Assembly (NCBI GenBank): GCA_963777605.1 | Contig: CAVZRV010000031.1 | Span: 384,001 to 448,000 of the forward strand | Source of the DNA: an uncultured Acidobacteriota bacterium | GTDB taxonomy: Bacteria > Acidobacteriota > UBA6911 > RPQK01 > JAPXNP01 | Direction: 5' to 3' | Length of the DNA: 64,000 nucleotides | In this document: positions 29,885 through 41,239 of the stretch, piece by piece | How positions within the stretch are numbered: the stretch's first letter is position 1 | How the letters are laid out: each line of letters opens with the position of its first letter | The notes under the pieces: generated by a model | What the model was told of the DNA's origin: nothing | Databases searched by the model: none | What the model saw: only the letters and a program-made list of their open reading frames with translations | Translations under genes and position numbers: made by a program

Positions 29885-30942
29885 TCAGGGAAGCCCGGCG
29901 GGCTGCTGCTGGGTCAGGCAATGGATTGCGCCCAAACCGTAAACCATATCGCCCGCCGGAATGCCGACAACTTCACGACCCGGAAAGAGCTCGCTCAAAA
30001 CGGCGACGGCCTCCTGATCCCGTTCCTGGCTGAACGCCGGGACGAGCACGAGCCCATTCGCAATGTAGAAGTTGGCGTAACTGGCAGGCAGGCGTCCCCA
30101 CTCCGCATCAAGTGGATCGGGCATCGGGAGTTCGACGACCCGAAATAGCCTCCCTCCATCAGAGAAGACGCCGGAGCGTCTCGAAGTTCAATTGGAGAAT
30201 CGGGTGGTTCGGGTCACCCGGATCCGATTCGACGGCACAGACGATGGTCTCCCGGTCCACGAAGCGGGCGATGTCATCGATGTGGCCGTCGGTGTCATCG
30301 CCGATGATCCCCTCCTCGAGCCAGAGAATGCGATCCACTCCAAGGTGATCCCGCAACGCCGTTTTCAATCTGGTCCTGGGAAAGCTCGGGGTTGCGGTTG
30401 GGGTTCAGCAAACACTGCCGGGTAGTCAGGCAAAGGCCTGCACCGTTGACTTCGATCGAACCGCCTTCAAGGACCAGGCCCGGCTGGAACACGGGCAGGC
30501 CGAGCCGGCTCGCCAATTCGTCCGGGACCCGGTCATCCTGCGCGAGATCCTGGTACTTTCCACCCCAGGCGTTGAACCGCCAGTTGTTGTAGGCAACCGG
30601 CATGTCCGAGATGTGCCGATTGACCAGGAAGTTGGGGCCGTAGTCCCGAATCCATCCATCGACGGTAGCGACCACGTGAATTCGGACCGAGTCGATTGCA
30701 GCACCTGCCGCGATCAACCGGGTCCCCACCGCTTCACGGGATTTCTCGTCATTGACCAGCAGGTCAACCCTTTCCCCGCGGCTCAAAAGACGAATCATCT
30801 CCACGTAACTGTCCCGCACCCGCTCCAGCCGCTCGCCGGGCCAGGTAACCGCGTTGGTCGGCCAGGACAGCCAGGTTGACAAGTGATGCGCCCATTCGGG
30901 AGGCATGAAGTAGCCCAGGGCAGCCGGACAATCTCGGGTCAT
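29885..30942 (-). pseudogene. aguA: Agmatine deiminase, split by frameshifts
   Basis: MPPEW..WP, WIRDYGP, FNAWGGKY, LEGGSIE, LNPNRNP; then DDTDGHIDDIARF; then [18 protein letters not shown], in three ORF pieces. Confidence 0.88.
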
Positions 30943-30956
30943 GGCGGTCTTTTCTA

Positions 30957-31847
30957 TCACTTCGTGGCCGAACCGCTGGGTTCCAAGAAACGTCTGGAGA
31001 TGCCCGAGTAAGCATCGATTCGCCGGTCGCGAAGAAACGGCCAATCGCGGCGAACCTCTTCTACTCTCCCCAAGTCGCATTCCACGACAAGAATCTCCTC
31101 TTCCTGGCGGGAAGCTCGGGCCACGACCTGGCCGAACGGATCGGAGACGAAGGACTGCCCCCAGAAGGTCAAGTGATCTTCCCTGCCGACCCGGTTAACG
31201 GCAGCGACGAAGACCCCGTTGGCCACAGCATGAGCTCGTTGGGAAACCTCCCAGGCCGAATGCTGAGCACTGTTGGTTTCGGGGGTCTGGCCGTCGAGCC
31301 ACCCGATGGCAGTCGGATAAAAGAGCATGTTGGCGCCGCCGAGAGCAGTGATCCGGGCCGCTTCCGGAAACCACTGATCCCAGCAGACAAGCACGCCGAG
31401 CCTGCCGTGACGGGTTTCGTGGGAGAGGAACCCGAGGTCACCGGGGGTGAAGTAGAACTTCTCGTAGTAGTGAGGATCGTCGGGAATGTGCATTTTCCGG
31501 TACCGGCCAACGAGTTCGCCCTCCTCGTCGATCACCACCGCCGTATTGTGGTAGAGCCCCGGCGCACGCTTCTCGAACAGGGAGGCGACTACAACGACCC
31601 CGAGATCACGACAGTGCCTGCCCAACTGTTCGGTCGAAGGACCCGGAATCGTCTCAGCCAGGTCAAAGCGGTCGACTTCCTCTTCCTGGCAGAAATACTG
31701 ACTGCGGAAAAGCTCCTGAAGACACACCACCTGCGCTCCCTGCCGCGCGGCATCTCGAATTCGGTCGAGCGCCTTCTCGAAGTTCACGGCCGGATCAGGA
31801 GAACAGGACATCTGAATCAGGCCGACATTGACACGAAGTTCTTGCAT
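30957..31847 (-). CDS. aguB: N-carbamoylputrescine amidase (carbon-nitrogen hydrolase)
   Basis: LQELF, YRKMHIPDDP.YYEKFYFTPGD, VCWDQWFPEAAR; adjacent to aguA. Confidence 0.88.
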   Translation of the reverse strand: MQELRVNVGLIQMSCSPDPAVNFEKALDRIRDAARQGAQVVCLQELFRSQYFCQEEEVDRFDLAETIPGPSTEQLGRHCRDLGVVVVASLFEKRAPGLYHNTAVVIDEEGELVGRYRKMHIPDDPHYYEKFYFTPGDLGFLSHETRHGRLGVLVCWDQWFPEAARITALGGANMLFYPTAIGWLDGQTPETNSAQHSAWEVSQRAHAVANGVFVAAVNRVGREDHLTFWGQSFVSDPFGQVVARASRQEEEILVVECDLGRVEEVRRDWPFLRDRRIDAYSGISRRFLEPSGSATK

Positions 31848-31991
31848 CTTGATCACACAGGTTTGAACCGGAGACTAAACATGATAACACGCAAAGCGGG
31901 CCGCCGACCGCCGCAGAACTCGGGTAGCCTGGCGTTTGGAAACCGGTCATAATGCCCGTACCCGGCAGTCCCAGAAAGGAAACTCAGCTCG

Positions 31992-33332
31992 ATGTTCTCT
32001 GGAAATATACGCAGGCCTCCAATCAGGTCACGAATCGTTCCTGGGCCGGGCCAGCTCCGGCGTCAATTGCCCGGCCGGTGGGCGCAGGCAGCCCTTTTGC
32101 TCCTTTTAGGAGGAGCCTTCTTCGGGACAGCCCAAACCACCGCCCAGTCAGCCGAACGTTCCCCTCGGATCACGGAATCCAACATCCGTTTCGTCGAGTA
32201 CCCCGACTTTCCGGATGCCCATTCAACCTGGGGCTCGATCGGCTACAGCCTGACCCACGACAAGGTGTTCATCGGAGTGACCAATCACAAGGACCGCGTC
32301 GGACTGTTCGAGTACGACGTGCCGTCGCGCAGCATGCGGCTGTGCGGATTTCTTCCGGAACTGGCCAACCTTCGCCCCTATCAGTGGCAGGGGAAGATCC
32401 ACTCTCAAATCGTCGAAGGCCCAGGCGGGGTCATGTACTTCTCAACCGATGGCGGTGAGAGCCGCGAAGAGTACCTGATGAACCATCCTCACGGTTACTC
32501 AGGCGGTTTCATCATGGCGTGGGACCCTTCCCGGGAGCGCCTGACAAACCTGGGGATCGCGATGCAGTACGAGAGCATCAAGGACCTCCAGGTCAATCCA
32601 AAGACTGGGTTGATCTGCCTGGTCTCCTACCCTCAGGTCCATTTTCTGAGCTACGATCCGTCCCGGAATGTTCTGCGGGACCTGGGTCGACTCGGGAGTG
32701 ACCACGTTCCCCGGGTGATGTTCAGCGACTGGTGGGGCAACGTCTATTATCCCGACTGGCGCCAGCGCCTGGTCAAGTTCGACGCCACATCGGAAATTCT
32801 CGAATTCTCACGCGAAAGCCTGCCCGCTTTTCCGGGCACGCCGGGAGAGGCGATCGTAACCGGAGTAACAGCCTATGCTGCCGACCAGGAGGCCCAGGTC
32901 CTTTACCTCGTGACATACGGGGCCAAACTCCTGGCCTTCCACCCTCAGCGTGAAGGAATTGGGATGGTGGAGGACCTGGGAGGAGTGTTCGATGATCCGG
33001 CAAGGCCACCCTGGGATTATTACTGCCCCAATCTTTCGCTGGCCCGGAATGGGCGACTTTATTACTTCATCGGGGGTCATGGACGATATGCCGGTCTGGA
33101 GGAGAAACTCCTGCTCGTGGAGTTCGATCCCAGGAGTCACCAAAAGAGGATCGTCTTGAACTTTCCGATCGCCCAAATCAGCGAAGTCACCGGATCGGAC
33201 ATTCGAGACCGGGAGGGCACGATCTACTTCGCGGGCCGTCGGGAGGACCGGACGGCCGAAGCGAGAGGAGAATCGGGGAGCAGTCGTCCATTCCTGATCA
33301 TCTTCAATCCGGAAAGGGCCTTAAATGACTGA
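31992..33332 (+). CDS. Hypothetical secreted beta-propeller-like protein (start uncertain)
   Basis: Hydrophobic signal-like segment; QGKIHS..G..YFST; repeated YDP...DLG blades. Confidence 0.7.
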   Translation: MFSGNIRRPPIRSRIVPGPGQLRRQLPGRWAQAALLLLLGGAFFGTAQTTAQSAERSPRITESNIRFVEYPDFPDAHSTWGSIGYSLTHDKVFIGVTNHKDRVGLFEYDVPSRSMRLCGFLPELANLRPYQWQGKIHSQIVEGPGGVMYFSTDGGESREEYLMNHPHGYSGGFIMAWDPSRERLTNLGIAMQYESIKDLQVNPKTGLICLVSYPQVHFLSYDPSRNVLRDLGRLGSDHVPRVMFSDWWGNVYYPDWRQRLVKFDATSEILEFSRESLPAFPGTPGEAIVTGVTAYAADQEAQVLYLVTYGAKLLAFHPQREGIGMVEDLGGVFDDPARPPWDYYCPNLSLARNGRLYYFIGGHGRYAGLEEKLLLVEFDPRSHQKRIVLNFPIAQISEVTGSDIRDREGTIYFAGRREDRTAEARGESGSSRPFLIIFNPERALND

Positions 33333-34539
33333 GAGGAAGTATCGCAGTCTGGTTCTCACCGTCACCGTCCTATTCCTGGCGGTCCTGGTTCCGATGGGAT
33401 CGGTGTTGCTTGCGGAGTTTGTCTTCTTCAGCCCGCCGGGTGGATACGCCGTGGAAGTGTCTCTGGAGAATTCACCGCCACCCCACCTTCCAATGTACCG
33501 CAATGCCATTACCTCCCTCGAAATCGTCGGTGACCACGCGATTGGCGGGACTTCGGCCGACCCCGGCTCGAGTCCGTTCCTCTTCTCGGTGTCCCTTTCT
33601 TCGCGGCGGCTCGAATCCAGGCTCGACCTGGCGGACCTCGTGGCCGGCCAGCGGTCGGTCTGCAGCGGTTTCGGGCGCGGGCTGAGCGGCCCGCTCTGGG
33701 CCGGCACCCTTCCCGATCGGGATGGCGATTCGGGTCACCTCATCGAGGTGCGGGTCGAAGGTGCAATGCTCAACGCCTTCGACCGTGGGACTCCTGTCCC
33801 GGGCGAAGGCATATTCGCACTGGCAGCGTCTTTTGATGGTGAAGAACTCTACGGCATCGCTCATCCTTCGGGTCGGTTCTTCAACTACAACGTGAATTCC
33901 GGTGCCACTCGAGTTTTCGAAGAAACCGCTCTCTCCCCGGAAACTCTTCACTTCCTCGGCGCCTATGCCCTCACCCCCGAAGATGTGCTTTGTCGACGGC
34001 TGGCCGTTGATTCCCGGGGAAGGGTCTACGGCAGTCGCCCGGTATCAAAGCTTTTCCGATTCGACCCGAACGAGAAAGAGATCGAAGTCCTGCCCGACGA
34101 GATTCCGGCGGTTTGGGGCAGGCGCCCCCTCGGACGAGCGGACAGCTGGGCGGTTGGACCCGACGGGCTCCTTTACGGTGGCAACAGCGGTGACGGTCAA
34201 CTCTTCTCCCTGAATCCCGAGGACGGTTCAGTGACCAATCTCGGCAAGCCAATTATGATGCCCGGGATGAAAGGCCTGGGATTTGGACGCGATGGCTTCC
34301 TTTACGGGATTGCGGGTGCCGCCCCCGGATATGCGCACCTGTTCCGGTATGATCCGCTCGGCAAGGGCTTCCTGGACCTGGGCAACCCCCGTTTCCTGCT
34401 CAAGGCGCCGGGCATCGAACAGGGCATCTGGTGGCGTGGTTTTCAGATAGGGACCCTTGCCGTCTCCGAAGACGGGCGCTGGATCGCGCTGGGAGAACAA
34501 GAGGCGCTCAGCCAGCTAATGGTCTTCCCGGTCAACTGA
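33325..34539 (+). CDS. Hypothetical secreted beta-propeller-like protein
   Basis: N-terminal TM/signal; repeats such as GPDGLLYGG, TNLGKP, DGFLYG, FRYDP..DLG; overlaps the upstream stop. Confidence 0.7.
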   Translation: MTERKYRSLVLTVTVLFLAVLVPMGSVLLAEFVFFSPPGGYAVEVSLENSPPPHLPMYRNAITSLEIVGDHAIGGTSADPGSSPFLFSVSLSSRRLESRLDLADLVAGQRSVCSGFGRGLSGPLWAGTLPDRDGDSGHLIEVRVEGAMLNAFDRGTPVPGEGIFALAASFDGEELYGIAHPSGRFFNYNVNSGATRVFEETALSPETLHFLGAYALTPEDVLCRRLAVDSRGRVYGSRPVSKLFRFDPNEKEIEVLPDEIPAVWGRRPLGRADSWAVGPDGLLYGGNSGDGQLFSLNPEDGSVTNLGKPIMMPGMKGLGFGRDGFLYGIAGAAPGYAHLFRYDPLGKGFLDLGNPRFLLKAPGIEQGIWWRGFQIGTLAVSEDGRWIALGEQEALSQLMVFPVN

Positions 34540-35001
34540 ACCGGCCGGGAGAGAGTCTCGCGAGGCAGCGAATGCATCGCGGGCAAGCTTTTTAACGAGG
34601 TCGACGATTCCCATCAAACCCATACTCTTGCCCATGGACAATTCTCGTCCGAAGAATCGATAGATGATGTCCCGGGGAATTGCGGCGACCTGTTCAGGTG
34701 GCGCCCCGGAGCAGGTTTCGTCCAGGATCACCGCGGTCGCCATCGCCGAAATCCCCTGGGGATTCTCAACCGCGAAGTAGTATTTCAGGGTACCGTCATC
34801 CGACTGCAACGCCCACACAAAAGCCTCGGATTCGCATCCTGGAACCCGGTGCTCCTCAGCGTAGGGCTTCGGTGCGATCGATTCGGGAACCCGTTCAAAC
34901 CGCTCGGAAAGAGAAATCAGGACTTCGACGCGCTCGGCCCGGTCAGTCACCGAGTCGAAGAGCTCGACCATTTCCGCAAGTTTCTCGGGAATTCCGTCCA
35001 T
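34516..35001 (-). CDS. sufE: SufE-family Fe-S metabolism protein
   Basis: VPGCESEAFVW with the conserved Cys; directly downstream of the sulfurtransferase. Confidence 0.8.
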   Translation of the reverse strand: MDGIPEKLAEMVELFDSVTDRAERVEVLISLSERFERVPESIAPKPYAEEHRVPGCESEAFVWALQSDDGTLKYYFAVENPQGISAMATAVILDETCSGAPPEQVAAIPRDIIYRFFGRELSMGKSMGLMGIVDLVKKLARDAFAASRDSLPAGSVDREDH

Positions 35002-35036
35002 CGTCCCCACCAGGTTTCACAGCGACAAGGCTGCGG

Positions 35037-35900
35037 CTACTTCTCGATTGGTACATTAACCAGATTTCCCCACTCGGTCCAGCTTCCGTCGTAATTCCGG
35101 ACCTTCGGGTAACCCAGCAAATACCGAAGCACGAACCAGGTGTGACTGCTTCGCTCGCCGATCCGGCAGTAAACGATGACGTCGTCCCCGGGATCAATCC
35201 GGTTTTCTTCCCGGTAGATCCTGACCAGTTCCCCGGAAGGCTTGAAGGTTCCGTCGTTGGTATCCACCGCGCGAGCCCAGGGAATACTCGCAGCACCAGG
35301 AATGTGGCCGCCGCGCAGCGCACCTTCGTTGGGATAGTCTTCCATGTGCAGCCGTTCTCCCGAATACTCGGCCGGACTGCGAACATCGACCAGGGCCCCA
35401 CCGGCGCCAAGATGCTCGAGCACCTGGTCCCGGAAGGCCCGAAACCTGGAGTCGTCCCGCGCCGGAGCCGCATAGTCGCTCCTCGTGCAGGATGGGACCT
35501 CTCTGGTCAGCGGGCGTTTTTCCTGGACCCATTTCAGACGGCCTCCGTCCATGACCCGTGCGTTCTCGTGGCCGAAGAGCTGGAACACCCAGAACGCGTA
35601 ACAGGCCCACCAGTTGCTCTTGTCTCCGTAAAACACCACCTGTGTTTCGGGCGTCACCCCAATCCGGCTCATCAGTTCGCTGAAGGCCTGCTGATCCAGG
35701 TAGTCACGCCGCAGGGGATCGTTCAAGTCACGGGTCCAGTCAACCTCCACCGCCCCGGGGATATGGTTGGAGGCATAGAGAAGCGGGTCCTCGTCGGACT
35801 CGACGATTCGGACGTTCGGATCATTCAGGTGGGCTGCGACCCAATCGGTCGACACCAGAATCTCGGGGTGGGCATATCCTCTGTCTTCAATTCTGCTCAT
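35037..35900 (-). CDS. sseA: Thiosulfate sulfurtransferase (tandem rhodanese, SseA/CysA type)
   Basis: [43 protein letters not shown]. Confidence 0.92.
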   Translation of the reverse strand: MSRIEDRGYAHPEILVSTDWVAAHLNDPNVRIVESDEDPLLYASNHIPGAVEVDWTRDLNDPLRRDYLDQQAFSELMSRIGVTPETQVVFYGDKSNWWACYAFWVFQLFGHENARVMDGGRLKWVQEKRPLTREVPSCTRSDYAAPARDDSRFRAFRDQVLEHLGAGGALVDVRSPAEYSGERLHMEDYPNEGALRGGHIPGAASIPWARAVDTNDGTFKPSGELVRIYREENRIDPGDDVIVYCRIGERSSHTWFVLRYLLGYPKVRNYDGSWTEWGNLVNVPIEK

Positions 35901-36004
35901 GGCATTCATCCTGGAAACTATCGCGCTCGGGATTTCCCGAGGAATTCTTGTTGAATAAGGTACCGGTGATTTGCGCCCATTATTTCATGGATTTGGAAGC
36001 GACG

Positions 36005-36098
36005 GAGGATGGGACGTATGGGACATGCGACTAATGGGACTCGTGGTGCCTTGGTCTCGTGTCCGATGGGTTCTATTGGTCCCATGCGTACCATCCCC
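36005..36098. repeat. Inverted array of ~9-bp GGGAC/GTCCC units
   Basis: GGGACGTAT GGGACAT GCGACTAAT GGGAC ... GTCCGATGG GTTCTATTG GTCCCATGC GTACCATCC. Confidence 0.65.
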
Positions 36099-36233
36099 TC
36101 TCGCCCCCTCACCCTCCCACCTCAAATTGACCTCATTCCGCTCGACTGCTATCATCGCGCGTTTAGTGGGCGGTGTCCCTTCCGACCGCTCTCCAATGCA
36201 GCTCAGGATGGGTTCTTTGTACAGAGGTGGATT

Positions 36234-37262
36234 TTGATCGGAATCTGGAAGCGGTTTACGCTTCGGACGAGAGAATGGGCGATGATCGGCCGAGGTCTCG
36301 TATCCAGGGACCATCCCATCCTCGCCCACCTGATCCCGATGCGGCGATGTAACCTTTCCTGCGCCTACTGCAACGAGTACGACGATCACTCGGAACCGGT
36401 GGCCACGACAACCATACTCTCCCGGGTCGATCGCCTTGCGGACCTGGGCACGGCCGTCATCACGATCAGCGGAGGAGAACCCCTTCTCCACCCCGAGCTC
36501 GAGCAGATAATCTCCGTGATCCGCAGACGCGGCATGATCGCGGGAATGATCACCAACGGCTACCTGCTGTCCCGAAAGAGGATCCAGTCGTTGAATCGGG
36601 CCGGACTGGATCACCTCCAGATCAGTATCGACAACGTGGTCCCCGACGACGTTTCCATGAAGAGCCTCAAGGTGCTCGACAAGAAGCTGAGATACCTTTC
36701 CGAAGAGGCGAACTTCAAGGTGAACATCAACACCGTCCTCGGCTCCGGGGTGCGCAACCCGGACGATGCACTGACCGTGGCCCGGCGGGCTGTCGAACTC
36801 GGATTCACCTGCACGGTCGGAATCATCCACGACGGAGATGGGCACCTAAAGGCCCTGGGCGAGAAGGAGAGAGAGGTCTTCGACCACGTGCGCCGGCTCG
36901 GCAAGCAGGGCTACGCACGCCTGACCAAGTATTACCAGGAGAACCTTTCGGCAGGTCGTCCCAACAACTGGCGATGTCGCGCAGGAGCCCGCTACCTGTA
37001 TGTTTGCGAGGACGGCCTGGTCCACTACTGTTCCCAGCAGAAAGGTTACCCGGCCATCCCCCTCGAAAAGTACACGGTTGCAGATATCAAGCGGGAGTAC
37101 CTGACCCCGAAAGGATGCGCCCCCTACTGCACGATTTCCTGCGTCCACCAGGCTTCCCTGGTAGATTTCTTCAGAGCTCCGCAGGATCTCCAGCCCGCAC
37201 CCGATCTAGCCGGTCAACTCGGCGAAACGGCATCGGCCGACAACCTGGTGGAAATCAACTAG
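36234..37262 (+). CDS. Radical SAM protein with C-terminal SPASM/twitch-like cysteines (start approximate)
   Basis: [22 protein letters not shown]-terminal CRAG..YC..C...CTISC. Confidence 0.9.
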   Translation: MIGIWKRFTLRTREWAMIGRGLVSRDHPILAHLIPMRRCNLSCAYCNEYDDHSEPVATTTILSRVDRLADLGTAVITISGGEPLLHPELEQIISVIRRRGMIAGMITNGYLLSRKRIQSLNRAGLDHLQISIDNVVPDDVSMKSLKVLDKKLRYLSEEANFKVNINTVLGSGVRNPDDALTVARRAVELGFTCTVGIIHDGDGHLKALGEKEREVFDHVRRLGKQGYARLTKYYQENLSAGRPNNWRCRAGARYLYVCEDGLVHYCSQQKGYPAIPLEKYTVADIKREYLTPKGCAPYCTISCVHQASLVDFFRAPQDLQPAPDLAGQLGETASADNLVEIN

Positions 37263-37279
37263 GGCCCTGGCTCAGGACT

Positions 37280-38596
<1,317 letters not shown>

Positions 38597-38707
38597 TGTC
38601 AAATCTCCTCCAATCCAGTCAAGATTCCAACCGAACTCCATGGTGTACCGACAGCGGCAATCTGGCAAGGCTCCCGGAGCGGAAATCGCACAGGTGGCCA
38701 GACGCGT

Positions 38708-39448
38708 TCAGACACTTTCGGCGGCTTCCCTGCCCCCGACTCCCTCGCGAGGACAGGCCTCGCGGAACGGGCATCGGCAGCAATCCGGCCGCCTTCGACA
38801 GGTGTTCTTGCCGTGTTGGACGATCAGGGCGTGATAGGCGCGGTACAGGGACACGTCCGGCTGGAGTTGTCTCTCGAAGGCGGCCTTGAGCTCTTCGTAG
38901 CCGATACCGGTGGCGATCAGGGCCATCCGCTCCAGGAACCGGCGGGTGTAGTTGTCCACGACGAACTCCGGCTCGCCAAACGCGTAGAGCAGGATCGAAT
39001 CCGCAGTTTCCGGCCCAACACCCCGCACCGAAAGCAGGCTCTCGCGGCTGGGCAGCGGACCGTTCAGAGAAAGAAACAGGCGGGCCAATTGCCGAAGAGT
39101 CGCCGATTTCTGACGATAGAATCCGCTGGAACGGATCGCCTTCTGGATTGTCTCATCGGAAGACTCGACGATCGATGCCAAGTCAACCAGGCCAACGTCC
39201 CGAAGTTGACAGAGAGAAATCTCGACATTTTCCCAGCGCGTGTTCTGGGTCAGGACCGCCCCAATTACAATTTCCAACCACTCCGGGGAGAACCCTCCCC
39301 GCCGCGGCCAATCCCCTCCAGGCCAGGAAGGATCGAAGTGATAGTACTCCTGAAGAAGCCGGTACAATTCCCCGAAATCAACTCCCCAATCCGGCAAGCG
39401 GGAGCGCGGAACACGGCTACGTTTCAATCTTAACGACACGGCTGACAT
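38708..39448 (-). CDS. Endonuclease III-related HhH-GPD glycosylase (start uncertain)
   Basis: GAVLTQNT.W.NV, LLSVRGVGPETADSILLYA, FVVD.YT.R, C-terminal CX6CX2CX5C. Confidence 0.9.
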   Translation of the reverse strand: MSAVSLRLKRSRVPRSRLPDWGVDFGELYRLLQEYYHFDPSWPGGDWPRRGGFSPEWLEIVIGAVLTQNTRWENVEISLCQLRDVGLVDLASIVESSDETIQKAIRSSGFYRQKSATLRQLARLFLSLNGPLPSRESLLSVRGVGPETADSILLYAFGEPEFVVDNYTRRFLERMALIATGIGYEELKAAFERQLQPDVSLYRAYHALIVQHGKNTCRRRPDCCRCPFREACPREGVGGREAAESV

Positions 39449-39659
39449 TGCCCATCAGCATGGCGATCTTGACTCGCTCACCCGGCTTGGGGTCGGGGTA
39501 GATGAGGTTGTCGCTGACACGCGCCCGGCGGATCGATTCGCGGGGATCATCGGGAAGAGAGAACCCGATCTCGACAAAGCGGGCCCCGTGAACCTGAAAG
39601 CTCCGCACCACCTTGATAACGGCCTCAACCTCACTCTGAAAGAAATTGGAAGCGCCCAC
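39417..39659 (-). CDS. Hypothetical protein (80 aa)
   Basis: Fills the gap in a co-oriented run; protein-like composition. Confidence 0.55.
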   Translation of the reverse strand: MGASNFFQSEVEAVIKVVRSFQVHGARFVEIGFSLPDDPRESIRRARVSDNLIYPDPKPGERVKIAMLMGNVSRVVKIET

Positions 39660-39688
39660 GACTGGGAAAATACCACAGATCGAGGTCG

Positions 39689-40624
39689 CTAATGGGTTCG
39701 AAGCATCCCGATCGAAGCTGTGGCATCCCGGTTCAGGCGTATCGTGAGTTCGGTTTCAGTGGGAAGGGTCAGGTCGTTTCCCCGGGAGGTCAACACCCCG
39801 GCAACACCGGCCAAGGCTCCAATCGCGCCACCCACCTTGGCCCCACCACCCCCACCGGTCAGAACGCCGATCAGGGCACCGATTCCGGTAGACACGCCGA
39901 CTTTCTTGGCGTCCTCGCCCTTCTGGCCGGGAGCCTCGAGCTTGCCCGAGTCGTCCGCGACCTCTTCCTTGCGACGGGGTTCGATTGAGATCACGCTGCC
40001 GTCAATGGGAATTCGGGATCCGTCGGCAAGTTCGATTTCCTGGAAGTGAAGCGTCATCTCGGCACGCCCCCGGACTCTTCCAGCCCGCTTCAGGTGAGTG
40101 ATCTCGCCGTAGACCCGGGATCCGGCCGGGACCACAGTCAGGTTGTCAATCACAACGTCTTCAATCACTTCCGCCCGGAAATCGTCCCCGACCTCGTTCC
40201 GCTGAGTTGCCAGGGTCTGCTGGAGCCGGACGTCGATTGTACTGTCCTTCGAAATCGTTACCCGGCCTCCCACCGAGGCAGACTGATTCGCCCGGGTGGC
40301 AGCGGAGGAGGGCCTGTTCGTGATTCTGGGTTCGGGGCCTAAGCCGTAGCCTTCCTCGTAACCGTCTTCGAAGCCCCGCCGATAGGCAACCTGGTAGACG
40401 TCCCGGACGTGAAGCTGCGGATCGTATCCTCTCAGTCCTTCGTGATAGGCGGTGTTGTTCGCAAAATCGAAGGGCCTTCCCGCAGCCCGATCCTGGCTGC
40501 CGGCCACCTTGCCATCCGCAAAGCCGGCGTCATAGGCAATCCGGTAAGTGTCCTGACCCGCCATGGCGGGCAGGAGCCACCCAGCAAGAATCAACGCCAG
40601 GATAAGCGGAAGTCTGGTTCTCAT
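39689..40624 (-). CDS. Secreted protein with YxxG repeats and a TrbI/VirB10-like domain
   Basis: YDAGFADG..YRRGFEDGYEEGY; GDDFRAEV..VPAGSRVYG..KRAGRVRG; glycine zipper GALIG..GAKVGGAIGA. Confidence 0.7.
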   Translation of the reverse strand: MRTRLPLILALILAGWLLPAMAGQDTYRIAYDAGFADGKVAGSQDRAAGRPFDFANNTAYHEGLRGYDPQLHVRDVYQVAYRRGFEDGYEEGYGLGPEPRITNRPSSAATRANQSASVGGRVTISKDSTIDVRLQQTLATQRNEVGDDFRAEVIEDVVIDNLTVVPAGSRVYGEITHLKRAGRVRGRAEMTLHFQEIELADGSRIPIDGSVISIEPRRKEEVADDSGKLEAPGQKGEDAKKVGVSTGIGALIGVLTGGGGGAKVGGAIGALAGVAGVLTSRGNDLTLPTETELTIRLNRDATASIGMLRTH

Positions 40625-40634
40625 AGTTCGCCCA

Positions 40635-41168
40635 CTACTCAGTCGAGAGTGCCACTCGGTCTTTCAATTCTGACCATGGCGCGGTGAATGCATCCAGCAG
40701 CAACTGGCTGCCCTGGCCTCCGACCGACTCGAGCTCGCCGTTCGAGGCTTCGTACTGGAAATAGTACAGGATGTAACTGTCCCGGGCGTACAGGCCGCCG
40801 GTACGTTCATAACGGACCTTGCCGACAAACTGACCCAGTTCATCCCCCTCCTTGTTGAAGACCTTGAGCTTTGAGAGGGCACTTTCGGGAACCAGTCGTA
40901 TCAACGAATTCGTCAACGGGAAATAGGCATCCTCGTTCTTTGTCGAAAAAAGCTGGCCGAAGGTGAAGGAACAGGTCTGTCCCTGCAACCTCAGGTCGAT
41001 ATCGTTTAACACCTTGTCGATGTCCTCCCACTTCAGCACTTTCGGCTTACCTCTAGTCTTCAATTTCTTGGGGAGCTTCATCTCCTTCAACACCGTCCGG
41101 CAATCCTGAGCGGCCATCGGGCTCACTAAATTTGCCGCCAACAGGAGAATCAATCCCATCCACTTCAT
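40635..41168 (-). CDS. Hypothetical secreted protein
   Basis: MKWMGLILLLAA signal peptide; GAGG RBS. Confidence 0.7.
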   Translation of the reverse strand: MKWMGLILLLAANLVSPMAAQDCRTVLKEMKLPKKLKTRGKPKVLKWEDIDKVLNDIDLRLQGQTCSFTFGQLFSTKNEDAYFPLTNSLIRLVPESALSKLKVFNKEGDELGQFVGKVRYERTGGLYARDSYILYYFQYEASNGELESVGGQGSQLLLDAFTAPWSELKDRVALSTE

Positions 41169-41239
41169 TTCTCGCCTCTCTATTGGATGTAAGAACACCT
41201 CAAAAAGGTTGAATTCCACTTCGAACTGGCTAAAACCCG

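Noticed and set aside
39689-40624. Type IV secretion/conjugation locus suggested by the TrbI/VirB10-like domain
   Set aside because: Standalone gene among housekeeping genes with no other virB components
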